A stretch of DNA of 64,000 nt from Piedraia hortae CBS 480.64. Its lineage: Eukaryota. The stretch is from positions 62,001 through 126,000 of the forward strand of contig MU005962.1 of assembly GCA_010093745.1 (NCBI GenBank), in the 5' to 3' direction. A program made the position numbers and the translations under genes. Under the pieces are notes generated by a model. The model made no database searches, had not been told where the DNA came from, and saw nothing but the letters and a program-made list of their open reading frames with translations. This document shows positions 33,906 to 44,368 of this stretch, piece by piece (position 1 is the first letter of the stretch; the number at the start of each line of letters is the position of its first letter).

Positions 33906-34277
33906 TGATCGTTTTACCCTCCGTCATGTGACCTATCCGAGGGAATCGACGGGGCCCTTGTCCCGACCACCAGGAATTTTCCCTCTGCGAAATCGCTAAC
34001 CCATCGCCAGTGGCAGGGAACGCTGGGACTCGCGGGCTCTTCGTCGATGACAAGACTGTTGGTGGCGCAGTTCAAGACGATGTTGCCTTGGAGGGATTTT
34101 TCGCCTTCTCATCCAATGTAATTTGATGCTAGGATGCAGTGTGGAATCAGGGGGTTTCGCGCATTGGACGAGAGGTTGTCGTTCCACGATGATTACATTG
34201 ATTGAATCAGGTCCCGTGTTGAATGGGATGAATTGATCGTGTTGGCTGGGGGACACTTGCCTTTTCTTTGCTGAGAA

Positions 34278-34307
34278 GCAGTAGATGAGCTATAGCTCAT
34301 CTACTGC
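34278..34307. repeat. Perfect 30-bp palindrome GCAGTAGATGAGCTATAGCTCATCTACTGC
   Basis: The sequence equals its own reverse complement. Confidence 0.97.
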
Positions 34308-35999
34308 CGCATCAATTTGTGGGAGATTATCCCATGACCAGGACAACCTTTCGCCCATTCATTGACCTGTCGAGGCCAGCAACCACCCGACCACTGGGGT
34401 GACGGTCATCCATGCCTTCTGATTCCAAGCCCCGGTGCACCCGCATGTCCATATGCTGCCTTGACTATCAATATAACCTCTCTTCCTAAGGCGTTGTTCC
34501 TGTACAACAGCCGATGGTTTACTTTGGGACTTCCTGATGGACGGTCGAATATTGCTACACATCCAGCCATCTGACGTGTCTTAGTCCTCTGATAAAAAGT
34601 GCCGATACCATGACCTTCAAACAAAGCCGTCGAACTGCCTAGCTCGGGTGGATGCTGCTTCCACCGACGGTTTGAGTTTCTGGTATCCCAGGACGAAGTC
34701 ATTGCATCACTTTTTCACCGCCCTCGAGGTCTCGCCGACAGTAATGGGAGGAAAATCGTCAGACACTTCTGGCTTGACGGTCGCGATGATGTAGTCGAAC
34801 AGGAATATCCCATCGAGGTTGCAATTTAGGGTCGATGCGTTCCATGATGATTGCGAAGGCATGCTTCGCCAGGCTTATTTTACATATCGAATGCCTCATC
34901 TGATTTTAAAGCGGCTAAGCCAGCCATCGCTGAATTCAGGCTCCGAATTAGCGGAACAATGTGGCCATAGATACCCTGCAGTCGCCTTAAGAACTTCTCC
35001 CGCTATAGAGATACTGTATTGACCTGACCTGATATTGGAGGCTCAAGATCGCCTATCACTAGCACGCTTTCATTTCCGATAACCTCGAAAATTCCTTCGG
35101 GTTCTATCCATACCTCGATTCTAACCTGAGAAGGCAGACTCCACTGGGTTGTATATCTTTCAGCAGAGATGGTGAAAGAACTAGAACTGCTCAAGCCAGC
35201 CGGGTTCTAAATGCAATCTCGTCCTCGCACATCCCATTTCCCCTCATCATAACAATTGACTATGTCGAATGAGTCTCCTTGGGTCTTCAGGGATGTGGTC
35301 TGATGTCGTTGAAGCTTCCCATCGGGATTTTGTCATACAGCAAGAACTGTGTTTCCGGGATTATGTCCCGAAGACGAAGGAGTATCCGTGGGAAGAAATT
35401 CCCACACCACTTCTCACAGATACATAGATAATGGGAATGTACTCGTTGCAAAGATTTTCCGGGCTCTCAGATGCCGGTGCAGGGTATGCATCGGTCTTTC
35501 AACCATATTGTTATAGGCGGATTGAACAGATACCGGGATATATGGTGAAGGGCCGCTCGTCATCGAGAAATAATGGCACTGCCGAGAGACGGACAGATCA
35601 TGGAACCAGGCTATTGGCAAAAGGGAGCAACCAAAATACGTAGCATGAGCTTTGGTCGCGACGATGGTGATTCTATGCCTTGCGGATGACAAAGATAGAT
35701 TGTGGTCGATAATCACATCCTGTGCTGCAGGCAGAGGAGAGAAGTGTCGAGTTCAGGGGCTCCGAGTACCCCCACCCCTGAACCGTTAACGGTATAGCGG
35801 CCCGCCAAGGCATACTGCCAAGACACACTGAGTCACAGATAAAATTACTAGTACTCGAGGAGTGTTGCTCCGCCCACGAGGCATCAAAAAATCATGAATC
35901 AAACGCAACAACGCAGCTATCCCCCAACAAACCAATAGATGTGAATAATTAACCAGTCTCCCCAGAACCAAACATTACCCCATATCCCTACGCACCCAC

Positions 36000-38943
36000 T
36001 TAAATCTGCACCGTTCCACTCCCCATCAAACTAATCTTTTCCTTCACCGTCTTTCCCCCTTGTCCAAGCACAACAACCTCCACAACCTCCACCTGAGGAT
36101 CATAATTGAATGTCCCATTCACACTCAGTTTCCCCCCCTCAAATGTAAACCCAACCCTCGTCACCGGCCCATCAACCGAAACCCCATCATCAAGCACCAA
36201 CCCCCCCCTCGCCTCCCCGTTTTCATCTGGCGCAACCACCAACCTAAAATCCACTTCCCTCAACTCAGCCGTGGTATTTGCTCCCGTGACCCTCTGCGGC
36301 ACTACAAACCCTCCCCTATAAAACAACGGAATCTCATCAAACCCCACGCCCGTCAGGGTGTGCCACCCCCCCTTCCCGACTTGTTCCCCCGTCCAAAAAT
36401 CAAACCACACCCCCCGGGGAAAGTACACCTCCACCTCCGTCCCATTCTCCTCCGTCACAGGAGCGACCATAACCGCCTCTCCAAAAAGATACTGATACTC
36501 CAACCCCCAAGCTTCCCTATCACTCGGGAACGCAAACCACAGCGGCATGAGTGCCGGTTTCCCCTCACGACTCTGCCCCTCCATCGCCGAGTAAAGATAA
36601 TCCAACAACTGATACCTAACGCCAATCGCTTTTTTCGCAGCAGACGCAACGATCTCCCAGCGATAGAACTCCTGCGGGATGGAGGCGAATTCGTTATGGT
36701 TACGGTAGAAGGGCGAAAACGCGCCTAGCATCGCCCAGCGCGCGCAGAGAGTTGGGTTCGTGTTTCCCGCGAAGCCGCAGACGTCGGATCCCGTCATGGG
36801 AATTTGGTAGAGGGATGTGAATTGTAAAAGGCCCGTGAGGGAGAGGAGGTAGTGTCGCCAAGTCGAGGCGTTGTCGCCTAGCCAGTGCCCGACCCGTCGG
36901 CCGGATGAGGGGAAGGTGGAGCGGGTTATGATCATTGGGCGGACGCCGGGACGGCGGAGGGACATGGAGGTGTAGGAGGCGGAAGACATCATGGAGCCGT
37001 AGAGGTTGTGGACGTCGTAGGAGGTGTAGTTCCCATAGTGGAGGATGGAGGTGAGCATGGTTTTCGAGCTGAGCGCGCCGGCGGCGTTGGGGATGGTGAA
37101 CGGGGGCGTGACGAGATTGCGGTCGGGCAGGCCGACCTCGTTGCCGATGCTTCGCTTTGTGGGGGAGGTGGTGGTGATCGTGTCGTGGACGCTGAGGTTG
37201 GTGCTGCCGCACCCCCCAGTGGTTAAAGTGCGGTTCGTGCGTTCGTATACGTAGCCTTGCGGGCTGGTGCGGACGTATTGGTAGGCGATTTGGGCGTTTG
37301 CGGGAAGTTCGATGGGGGCAGACCAGATGGGATAGTTGTCTGCTCCCAGGGCGGCGGCGTTGGTAATTTCGTCGTTGGAGCCGAGAGTTATGGCACTGCC
37401 GAAGACGAGGATACTCTCCCCCGGGAAGGTGGTTGCGTTGACGCTGAAGGTAACTTCCGCGTGGCAGGTCGGCTGGAAACTCGCTGGGAAGCCATCAATA
37501 GGTCGTGGAGAACCGAGGCGAACGGGAGGCGGTCGAGGCGGGTCGCCCAGGGATTTGGCTTCTGCGTCTGGATCGAGACATGGGTAACCGCAGAAGTTTG
37601 AGGGCTCGTTCATGTCGATCCATAGAGCGTCAATGTCGATACCGGTTTCCACGTTGAAGAAGGTATTAAACTCATAGTTCCAGTAGTTTTGCGTCTGTGG
37701 ATGGAACCAATCAGGGTAAGCGGTAACACCAGGCCAGACCACACCTTTGTAGATGCTACCATTGTCGTTCTTGACAAAGATGTCCATCTCAACGCCCTTG
37801 TTGAAGGCTGGATAATCCTGATAAGCAACAGCAGGATCCACCATGACAATGTAATGTTGCTGGCGTGAATGCAGCGTGTCAACCAGCTCTCTAACGCGTT
37901 GCAAAGAAAACCTCGCCTCATCCAAGCTAAATGTCCGTCGAAGATGCATGTAGTCAATATCCGTCCACATTGTCTCCAGGGGAATGCCGGCTTTGCTGTA
38001 ATTGGCAACAACTTCAGCCACGTCGTAAACATCTCGCATACCATAACGGCACTGATGAAAGCCAAAGCCCCAGTAAGGCATCATAGCAGGCTTGCCCACA
38101 ATTTCACTGTACTGCTGAGCAACCTGGACGGGACTCGGGCCGGAAACAAAGTAAAAGTCGAGAACGCCGCCAAGAAGGTTGTACTCCAAATATTGATTAC
38201 CATTGCCGTCCTTGTTAATGTCAATTTCTGCACCATTGCTGTTTAGCAAGAATACAGCATGCGTTCCATTGGCACCGCGATGGTCGTAATAAACCGGATG
38301 GTCTCCATATAAATTCGACCCAGAGGGAACAGTGTAAGCATCCCGGTTCCAGAGAGTCCTCTTGTATCCAGTAGTGTTTAGCATAAACGGATCAGTGTGT
38401 TCACCAAGTCCATACAAACTGGGATTCGCAGGAAGACTGGTGCGTAATCTCACATATTGGCTCTCAAACACCAGACTGGCTGCAGACGAATCGAACAGAA
38501 CCTGACCATTGCTGCGACGATGAACAGAAAAGCTAAACGGCGACTCATTGTATTGAAAAATGAGTTCAGAACTGTTGGACGATCCTCCAGAAGACTCTGG
38601 GCGAGAAAAAACAAAATCAGGCACCTGATAAACTTGATTTGCCTTGTCCTGAATCAAGACATGTAGCCGTTGATCTAGGTGTATAAGTATCGCTCTTACA
38701 ATGTCATAAAAACATACCATTCTGGTATTCGACCTTTAGGGTCAAATCGGTTAAATCAGTGCCATACGTGTTGCACGGTGATCCAGCCATTGTCAGATCA
38801 GCCGTCAAGCCAGACGATGTAAATGCAACATTATAGGCCTTGTAACCCGGACACGAACTCAGGTCACCTTCCTGGCGCGTAGCAATAGATGGAACGGGAC
38901 TTGCTGTGGCTAAACATGCGAGCAATGCGGAGAAGGCTAACAT
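36000..38943 (-). CDS. Secreted GH31 alpha-glucosidase with an internal CBM20 starch-binding domain, 2 exons
   Basis: Signal peptide MLAFSALLACLATA and intron 38717-38675. GH31 motifs GFHQCRYG, WTDIDYM, WIDMNEPSNF (nucleophile), HWLGDN and GSDVCGF. CBM20-like VTFSVNATT.PGE...G....LG...YPIW...IAYQYVR. Confidence 0.93.
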
Positions 38944-39400
38944 GACTACTACACGATGGAGACCAGAAGAGCAGATGAAGGGAACGGAAGAATGTAAATA
39001 CCTGCTCTATCAATTGTACTGACCGAGTACCAGCCTTGGCTCATCTGCAATGCCAAAGTGCACATGACCAAACTGCTCGCGCTTAGAGGTGATGTGTAGG
39101 GAATGTGAACCTTTGCACCAGTAGGTGCGCGCTCCGATTGGCTCCCTGCATCAACGATCTTCCCAGCGTCAAAGTTTGGCGGCCAAACTCCCTCGGCCCG
39201 AGTCAGCGTACGATATGCACAGAGATGCTCGTCTGGCAGTAGTAAGGCGGATATGTAGAGTATGTACGCATAGAAGAATGGAATTATCATAGGATACAGT
39301 TCTGCTTGCAGGACCTGCCCTGGCTGCAATGCAGTCTTAGATGCAGCGGAAGGACCCTTGGCGGCGAAAGCTCCGGCAGGGTCTCTAGCCAATCTAGACG

Positions 39401-40514
39401 TCATCTAGCAACAAAGACAAAAGAAACCACGACGACGGCCGCGCCGATCCAGTAAAGCAGGGAAACCGTTTGTGAATTAATCACGATCTGGCCAACTAAG
39501 CTCAGCGGGATGGTCATGCTTAAGCCGAGCGTGACCACAATGGGGCTGGTCAGCAATACCGCATAAGCCCATGCCATGTCGCTACATAGTGAGGCAAGGC
39601 TGTTAAGCAGGATAATAGTCCAAATGCGGGTAGTCGGCGGAAGCTGGAAAGGTTCTATTCCGCAAAAGTGCAATACAAAGAACCCTGGCCTGGACGAGTC
39701 AGTCTTGATCTGCCCGTAGTAAGGGGAGGCCATACCATAGTAAAATCACACCGAACAGTCCAACGAATCCGAAAAACGTAGGCATGCTGATTCGTGACTC
39801 ATCCGGGATGCGTTTCTTTAGAAAAACGGCGTAAAGTCCGTACATGACGGCCGAAATAAGAGCCAAAGTGTCACCGATGGCAATCTCGCCTTTGGTCTTG
39901 GCCGGGAAGTCGCCGCGGTGTTCTTTGGCATTGTTACCCGACAGGTCCGCAGTGCTGATCAGTGCCACGCCGGCGAGCGATGCCAGGACCGCAAGTACCT
40001 TACGTAGCGTAATCGCCTCAGCACCAAACAGCGCGCCGAAAATCAAGGTAAAGACGCTACTAGTGCTGGTCAAGATGGTTGCTGAAGCGACAGTCGTGTA
40101 CTCGAGACATGCCGCAGCGAAGTAGTTTGCCAGAAACCACAGCGGACAAAATTCGAGCGCAAGTCTCCCCGTTTCGCGCAAAGTAAGCGGTAGGGATGTC
40201 TTCTTGGGCGAGTCCGACTCCTGCTCTGATTCGGACGATTCAAGCAGTCGGTCCTCTGCCTCACTACGCGCATACTCAACAGGTCTCTGTCTCCTGCGCA
40301 GCAACGGTAATAATGCGCCGATGAAGCAGGAAGAGTTGACACACGTGACAAAGAATGGCTTACTGTAAGAGTCGTCGGCGAAGATTGTGCTAGCTAGAAA
40401 GTTGCTGGTAGTCCAGAGGAAGATGGTGACGGATAACAATGAAAGACCTAGGATCCATCGCCAGCGATCTTTTTTGGTAGGAATAGCGTCTGCGAGGTCG
40501 TTTTCTGCAGACAT
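39401..40514 (-). CDS. EamA/SLC35F-family membrane transporter (Thi74/YML018C-like), 2 exons
   Basis: YSKPFFVT, FCPLWFLANY, LEYTTVASATILTSTSSVFTL, FFGFVGLF and LLTSPIVVTLGLSMTIPLS. Intron 39735-39690. Confidence 0.88.
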
Positions 40515-40605
40515 GATGACTGTTGTCGCATTCCAAATCCCCCTGCGCAATGATGACGCGTGATGTGCGCTTCCACCTGTAACAAACCTTTAGGTGCCAC
40601 ATAAC

Positions 40606-41424
40606 ATGGCAAACCAAGTTCCAGCCATGTTGAGGCTGCTAAGGCCAGTGCTACTTTTATTCATCGCCGCAGCTTACCTTGTGCCCGCGGTAATTACTTC
40701 GCTACGCAGCCGAAAGGTCAAGTCATTGGCAGATTTTCAGGACGCCTGGTTTGCCTGTTTCTGGGGAGGCTTCATGGGCCCAAAGTCTGTAGAAATGGCG
40801 GGGCCGACGGTGCGTCGTCTTCTTGGCGAGGTTAACGTCCAAGGTGTCTGTCTTGACATTGGCCCTGGCAACGGCCAATGGCTCCACCTCTATACACGGG
40901 CCAATGTCACCAAGATTTACGGTGTAGAGCCGAATCGAGATATGCATGCCCAGCTCCGTGAAAGTGCGGCCAAGGCGGGGCTAGCTGATGTCTATCAAAT
41001 TTTGCCCTGTGGAGCTCAGGAATTGGGTTCTGCGGGCATCCAGCCAGGCACAATAGATACTATTGTAACCGTGCAGACGCTTTGCAGTATCCCGCACTCG
41101 CAGCAGGTGATCAAAGAGCTCTACCCTTATCTCAAACCAGGCGGGAAGTGGATCGTCTACGAACACGTTCGTACGAAGTATCAAGAGCAATTTGTTGCCT
41201 TGTGGCAATGTATGTTGTCCACCTGAGATGAAATGCAAGCTAACAGTCTAGACCTTCTCAACCTCGTCTGGCCTCACTTCTTCAACGGCTGTGATCTTAC
41301 CAGACCGACAGACGAATGGTTACTCAAGGCTGGCGACTGGGCAGAGGTCAAGCTTTACCCTGGAGAGGACGAAGGCAAGTTTGACAGTATTCCTCATGTC
41401 TACGGCTTGCTCGTCAAAGCTTAA
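40606..41424 (+). CDS. SAM-dependent methyltransferase (METTL7-like), 2 exons
   Basis: Motif I CLDIGPGNG, IYGVEPN, DTIV...LCS and LKPGGKWIVYEH. Intron 41210-41251 joins to YLLNLVWPHFFNGCDLTR. Confidence 0.88.
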
Positions 41425-43923
41425 TTACCTGTGTCCCCTTTTCATCTTCTTTTTCAATCTCTTCTCCGCCCGCACATCTTTCTTTAGTCGTGGATCCACC
41501 ATCTTGTACTTTCCCTTGACTCCTCTAGGCCGACCGGCTCCCTTATTGGCTCCTCCAGCTTTGATGACCTTAACCTTGGGCTTCTTCTTGGTGCCCTTCT
41601 TCGCCTTGGCCATTAACTGGGCGATTCCCGCAGCTTTATCCTTTTCTGACCGGTCGTCACCCTCAGCAAGGCCCTCTGATTTCTTCTTTAATTTTTCTAG
41701 ACGACGGGCCGCACGCATTATCTTGCGTGCCTTGGCTTCACGCACTTTTTTGATTGGACGTGCATTGAGAGCGCGGGATTTGTCTCTGATTGCTTGAGCG
41801 GCCTCTTTGGTAATTGGTCGATGTGGCTTACTGTGCTTGCCTTCATCATCCAGAAACCAATCTGGTAAGCCCTCTGTAGAGCGGAGAGAATACTTGTTAA
41901 AACTGTCATCTTCAAGCTGGGCTTTTGTGACTTTGCCAGTTGCCAGGGCGTGGGCAATGGTCATGGCCTCGGCTGTAATGATGTCGATGTTCGGCCTGCT
42001 CTCCTTCTTCGGCTTGTCATCTGCCGACTCCCAGTCTTCTTCTGAGGGCTCTCGATGGACTTCTTCGATTTCCGAATCGGCGTCAGAGAAACCCTCAAAG
42101 GAGGCCTCAGAGTCAGACGAAATCTCTGCAGCTTTTGAGTTCTCAGAGTCAACATCAACGCCGCTATCTCTTGTCTCGACAGCATCTTCGCTTTCAGACG
42201 CAGGCTCATCCAGATCCAAGTCGTCGAAGATGTCCTGTTGAAAGAAAGTGGCAGCCCGTCCACTGAGCCCACCGGGAGGGACGTTTCCCTTGTGCAGGCT
42301 GTTGAGAAGAGGGACGTCCTGCTCATCCTCGGACGAATCCCTATCGTCCTCATCTTCCACCAACTCGTCCTCACTCGACTCTCTATCGCTAAACCCTTCA
42401 AACGTCTCATCGTGATCCTCGCCTTTGGCCTCTAGTCTTGCCCGTTTCGCCTTTGCTTTTGCATCACGATCTTCCCTTCTTTCGCGGAACTCATCATAAA
42501 TAGAGTCCAATTGAGTTTCCAACGCATCCAGCTCTTCATCCTCCTCCAAATCGATTTCCATCTCCTCGTCCTTCCTCTGCGGCTCAACCATGTGATGCAT
42601 CTTTCCCCGAGCAATCTGCCGACTTATGCCAGCCTTATCAACATCTTTCAGCCTGAAGGTCGTCTCATCACCTCCGTTGACAGCGGCTTCAATACCAATA
42701 TCGGTAGGTGTGATCATTCCCATCTGCATCCGCACAATCTCTTTATGCTTCCGTTCATTCTCCTTCTTCCGCTCCTTGCGCTTCTCCTTGCTCTGCATAT
42801 CCTTCATCCGCTGAATGTCATCCTGTAGCTTCATCTCGGCATCCATTGGCTCGACAACGGCGACTTCTTCCCCAACAGCATCTTCTTCCCCCCCGGTGCC
42901 TTTGTCAGCCGTCTTCTTCTGTCTCAATCCAAACAGTTCTCGGGCCTTGAGTCGCCATCTCAGGAGGAGTTTGAACTCCTTGCGGCCCAAGACTTTGAGA
43001 TCTTCGCAGCAAGCGCGGACCTCGTCGGTCGTCTCCGGGAGTTCAGCCAAAGCAGCTTGGACATGGTCTTCTTTATCGTCCAGTCTGAAATGCATTTTAT
43101 TAAGACTAGCAAGGACTTTGATGGGATCCTGCGTCTTAACGAACTCGCTCACAGGCGCTTCGTGGAACTGGGTATAATCACCGTCATCGTAGCCATCCCT
43201 CTTGCGCTTCTTCTTCTCTGGATTAAACACCTTGGCCTCGTGGTTAACAGCAGCAGCCTCTACCTCAGCAAAGGCGTGTTTTGGATCCAGGAAGCGCGGA
43301 TCAAGCTGCTTCGGCGCCTTGTATTCTCGACAAACATAGAACGTCTCAGCAGAAACATTACGGGAACTTGGCGGTTTGGTCTGATCGACGCGTGCAAAAA
43401 GCTGCTTAAAAATCCACTCCAGTTTGGCGCTATCTTTTGATCGAAAAACCTTTGTAACAAACGTCCCGCCGGGAACCAGGAATTCAGTCGCCAGCTTCAG
43501 CGAACTCAGCACCAGCTCATTCTGGCTGAATGCGTCCTGCACCCAAGCCGTTCCGACGTTTGGTGCTCCATCATGGATGACTGTGTCGGCCTTCCAAGTT
43601 TTGAGGTGGCCGCGGATCGTGGCTCGACACTTGGCAGTTGTGATGTCGCCCTGGAAAGTGATTGCGCGCGGGATGGGCTTTATCGGCGCTAGATCGACGC
43701 CGACGATGAGGGAGTTGGTCGGCATCGTTTCCGCTGCTACTTGAAGCCATGATCCCGGCGCGGCGCAGAGGTCGATGAGGCATTTGGACCACTCGAGGAA
43801 GCCGTATTTCTTGTTCAAGTTGATCAGTTTGAACGCCGCACGCGCCCGATATCCTTTTTCCTTGGCTTTGTAATAGTAGGAATCCAGCCGCGCCTTGGCA
43901 TTTTTCTTCTGGATCTTGCCCAT
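41425..43923 (-). CDS. SPB1: rRNA 2'-O-methyltransferase Spb1
   Basis: [42 protein letters not shown] and C-terminal [13 protein letters not shown]. Confidence 0.97.
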   Translation of the reverse strand: MGKIQKKNAKARLDSYYYKAKEKGYRARAAFKLINLNKKYGFLEWSKCLIDLCAAPGSWLQVAAETMPTNSLIVGVDLAPIKPIPRAITFQGDITTAKCRATIRGHLKTWKADTVIHDGAPNVGTAWVQDAFSQNELVLSSLKLATEFLVPGGTFVTKVFRSKDSAKLEWIFKQLFARVDQTKPPSSRNVSAETFYVCREYKAPKQLDPRFLDPKHAFAEVEAAAVNHEAKVFNPEKKKRKRDGYDDGDYTQFHEAPVSEFVKTQDPIKVLASLNKMHFRLDDKEDHVQAALAELPETTDEVRACCEDLKVLGRKEFKLLLRWRLKARELFGLRQKKTADKGTGGEEDAVGEEVAVVEPMDAEMKLQDDIQRMKDMQSKEKRKERKKENERKHKEIVRMQMGMITPTDIGIEAAVNGGDETTFRLKDVDKAGISRQIARGKMHHMVEPQRKDEEMEIDLEEDEELDALETQLDSIYDEFRERREDRDAKAKAKRARLEAKGEDHDETFEGFSDRESSEDELVEDEDDRDSSEDEQDVPLLNSLHKGNVPPGGLSGRAATFFQQDIFDDLDLDEPASESEDAVETRDSGVDVDSENSKAAEISSDSEASFEGFSDADSEIEEVHREPSEEDWESADDKPKKESRPNIDIITAEAMTIAHALATGKVTKAQLEDDSFNKYSLRSTEGLPDWFLDDEGKHSKPHRPITKEAAQAIRDKSRALNARPIKKVREAKARKIMRAARRLEKLKKKSEGLAEGDDRSEKDKAAGIAQLMAKAKKGTKKKPKVKVIKAGGANKGAGRPRGVKGKYKMVDPRLKKDVRAEKRLKKKMKRGHR

Positions 43924-44368
43924 TCTGTCTGGCTGTCTCTATGGAAAAATCTGAGTGTACGGATGATGCGCTTTGCCAAAACGGGTTAGACCCTGTCACT
44001 GTTGATGCCTGAGGCATTCACGCCGTCCAAATGGGTGGAAATCCCAGTCCAGTGATGAGTCTGTGACATGCTGATGGATTAGTTCTATGTAGGAATAGAG
44101 CCACTAATGGAATCCCAACATCTTGAGCCAGCCAATTGGCATGTTAACGATTCAATTCCCGACAGCTGCCAATTTTGCAAGGCAGCCAGATCTCTCAAGT
44201 CCGATTGGTCGGTTACCCCAATTTAGCAGCTCGCTTACATAATACCCCGCCTCGTCGCGTCGCGGCGTGTCACACGCGTCACGTCAAGGAGCGCGAACTC
44301 TACCGATAGTAGCGACCTTCACGTCCAAGAGCTGCGGGACAGTGGACATGGCAATTTCGGTCTTCGCC

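Noticed and set aside
34400..35200. Protein-like minus-strand fragments (e.g. QVRIEVWIEPEGIFEVIG, LFDYIIATVKPE); similar fragments at 30563-31439
   Set aside because: Probably pseudogene debris, but I could not assign a family or reconstruct a consistent frame.
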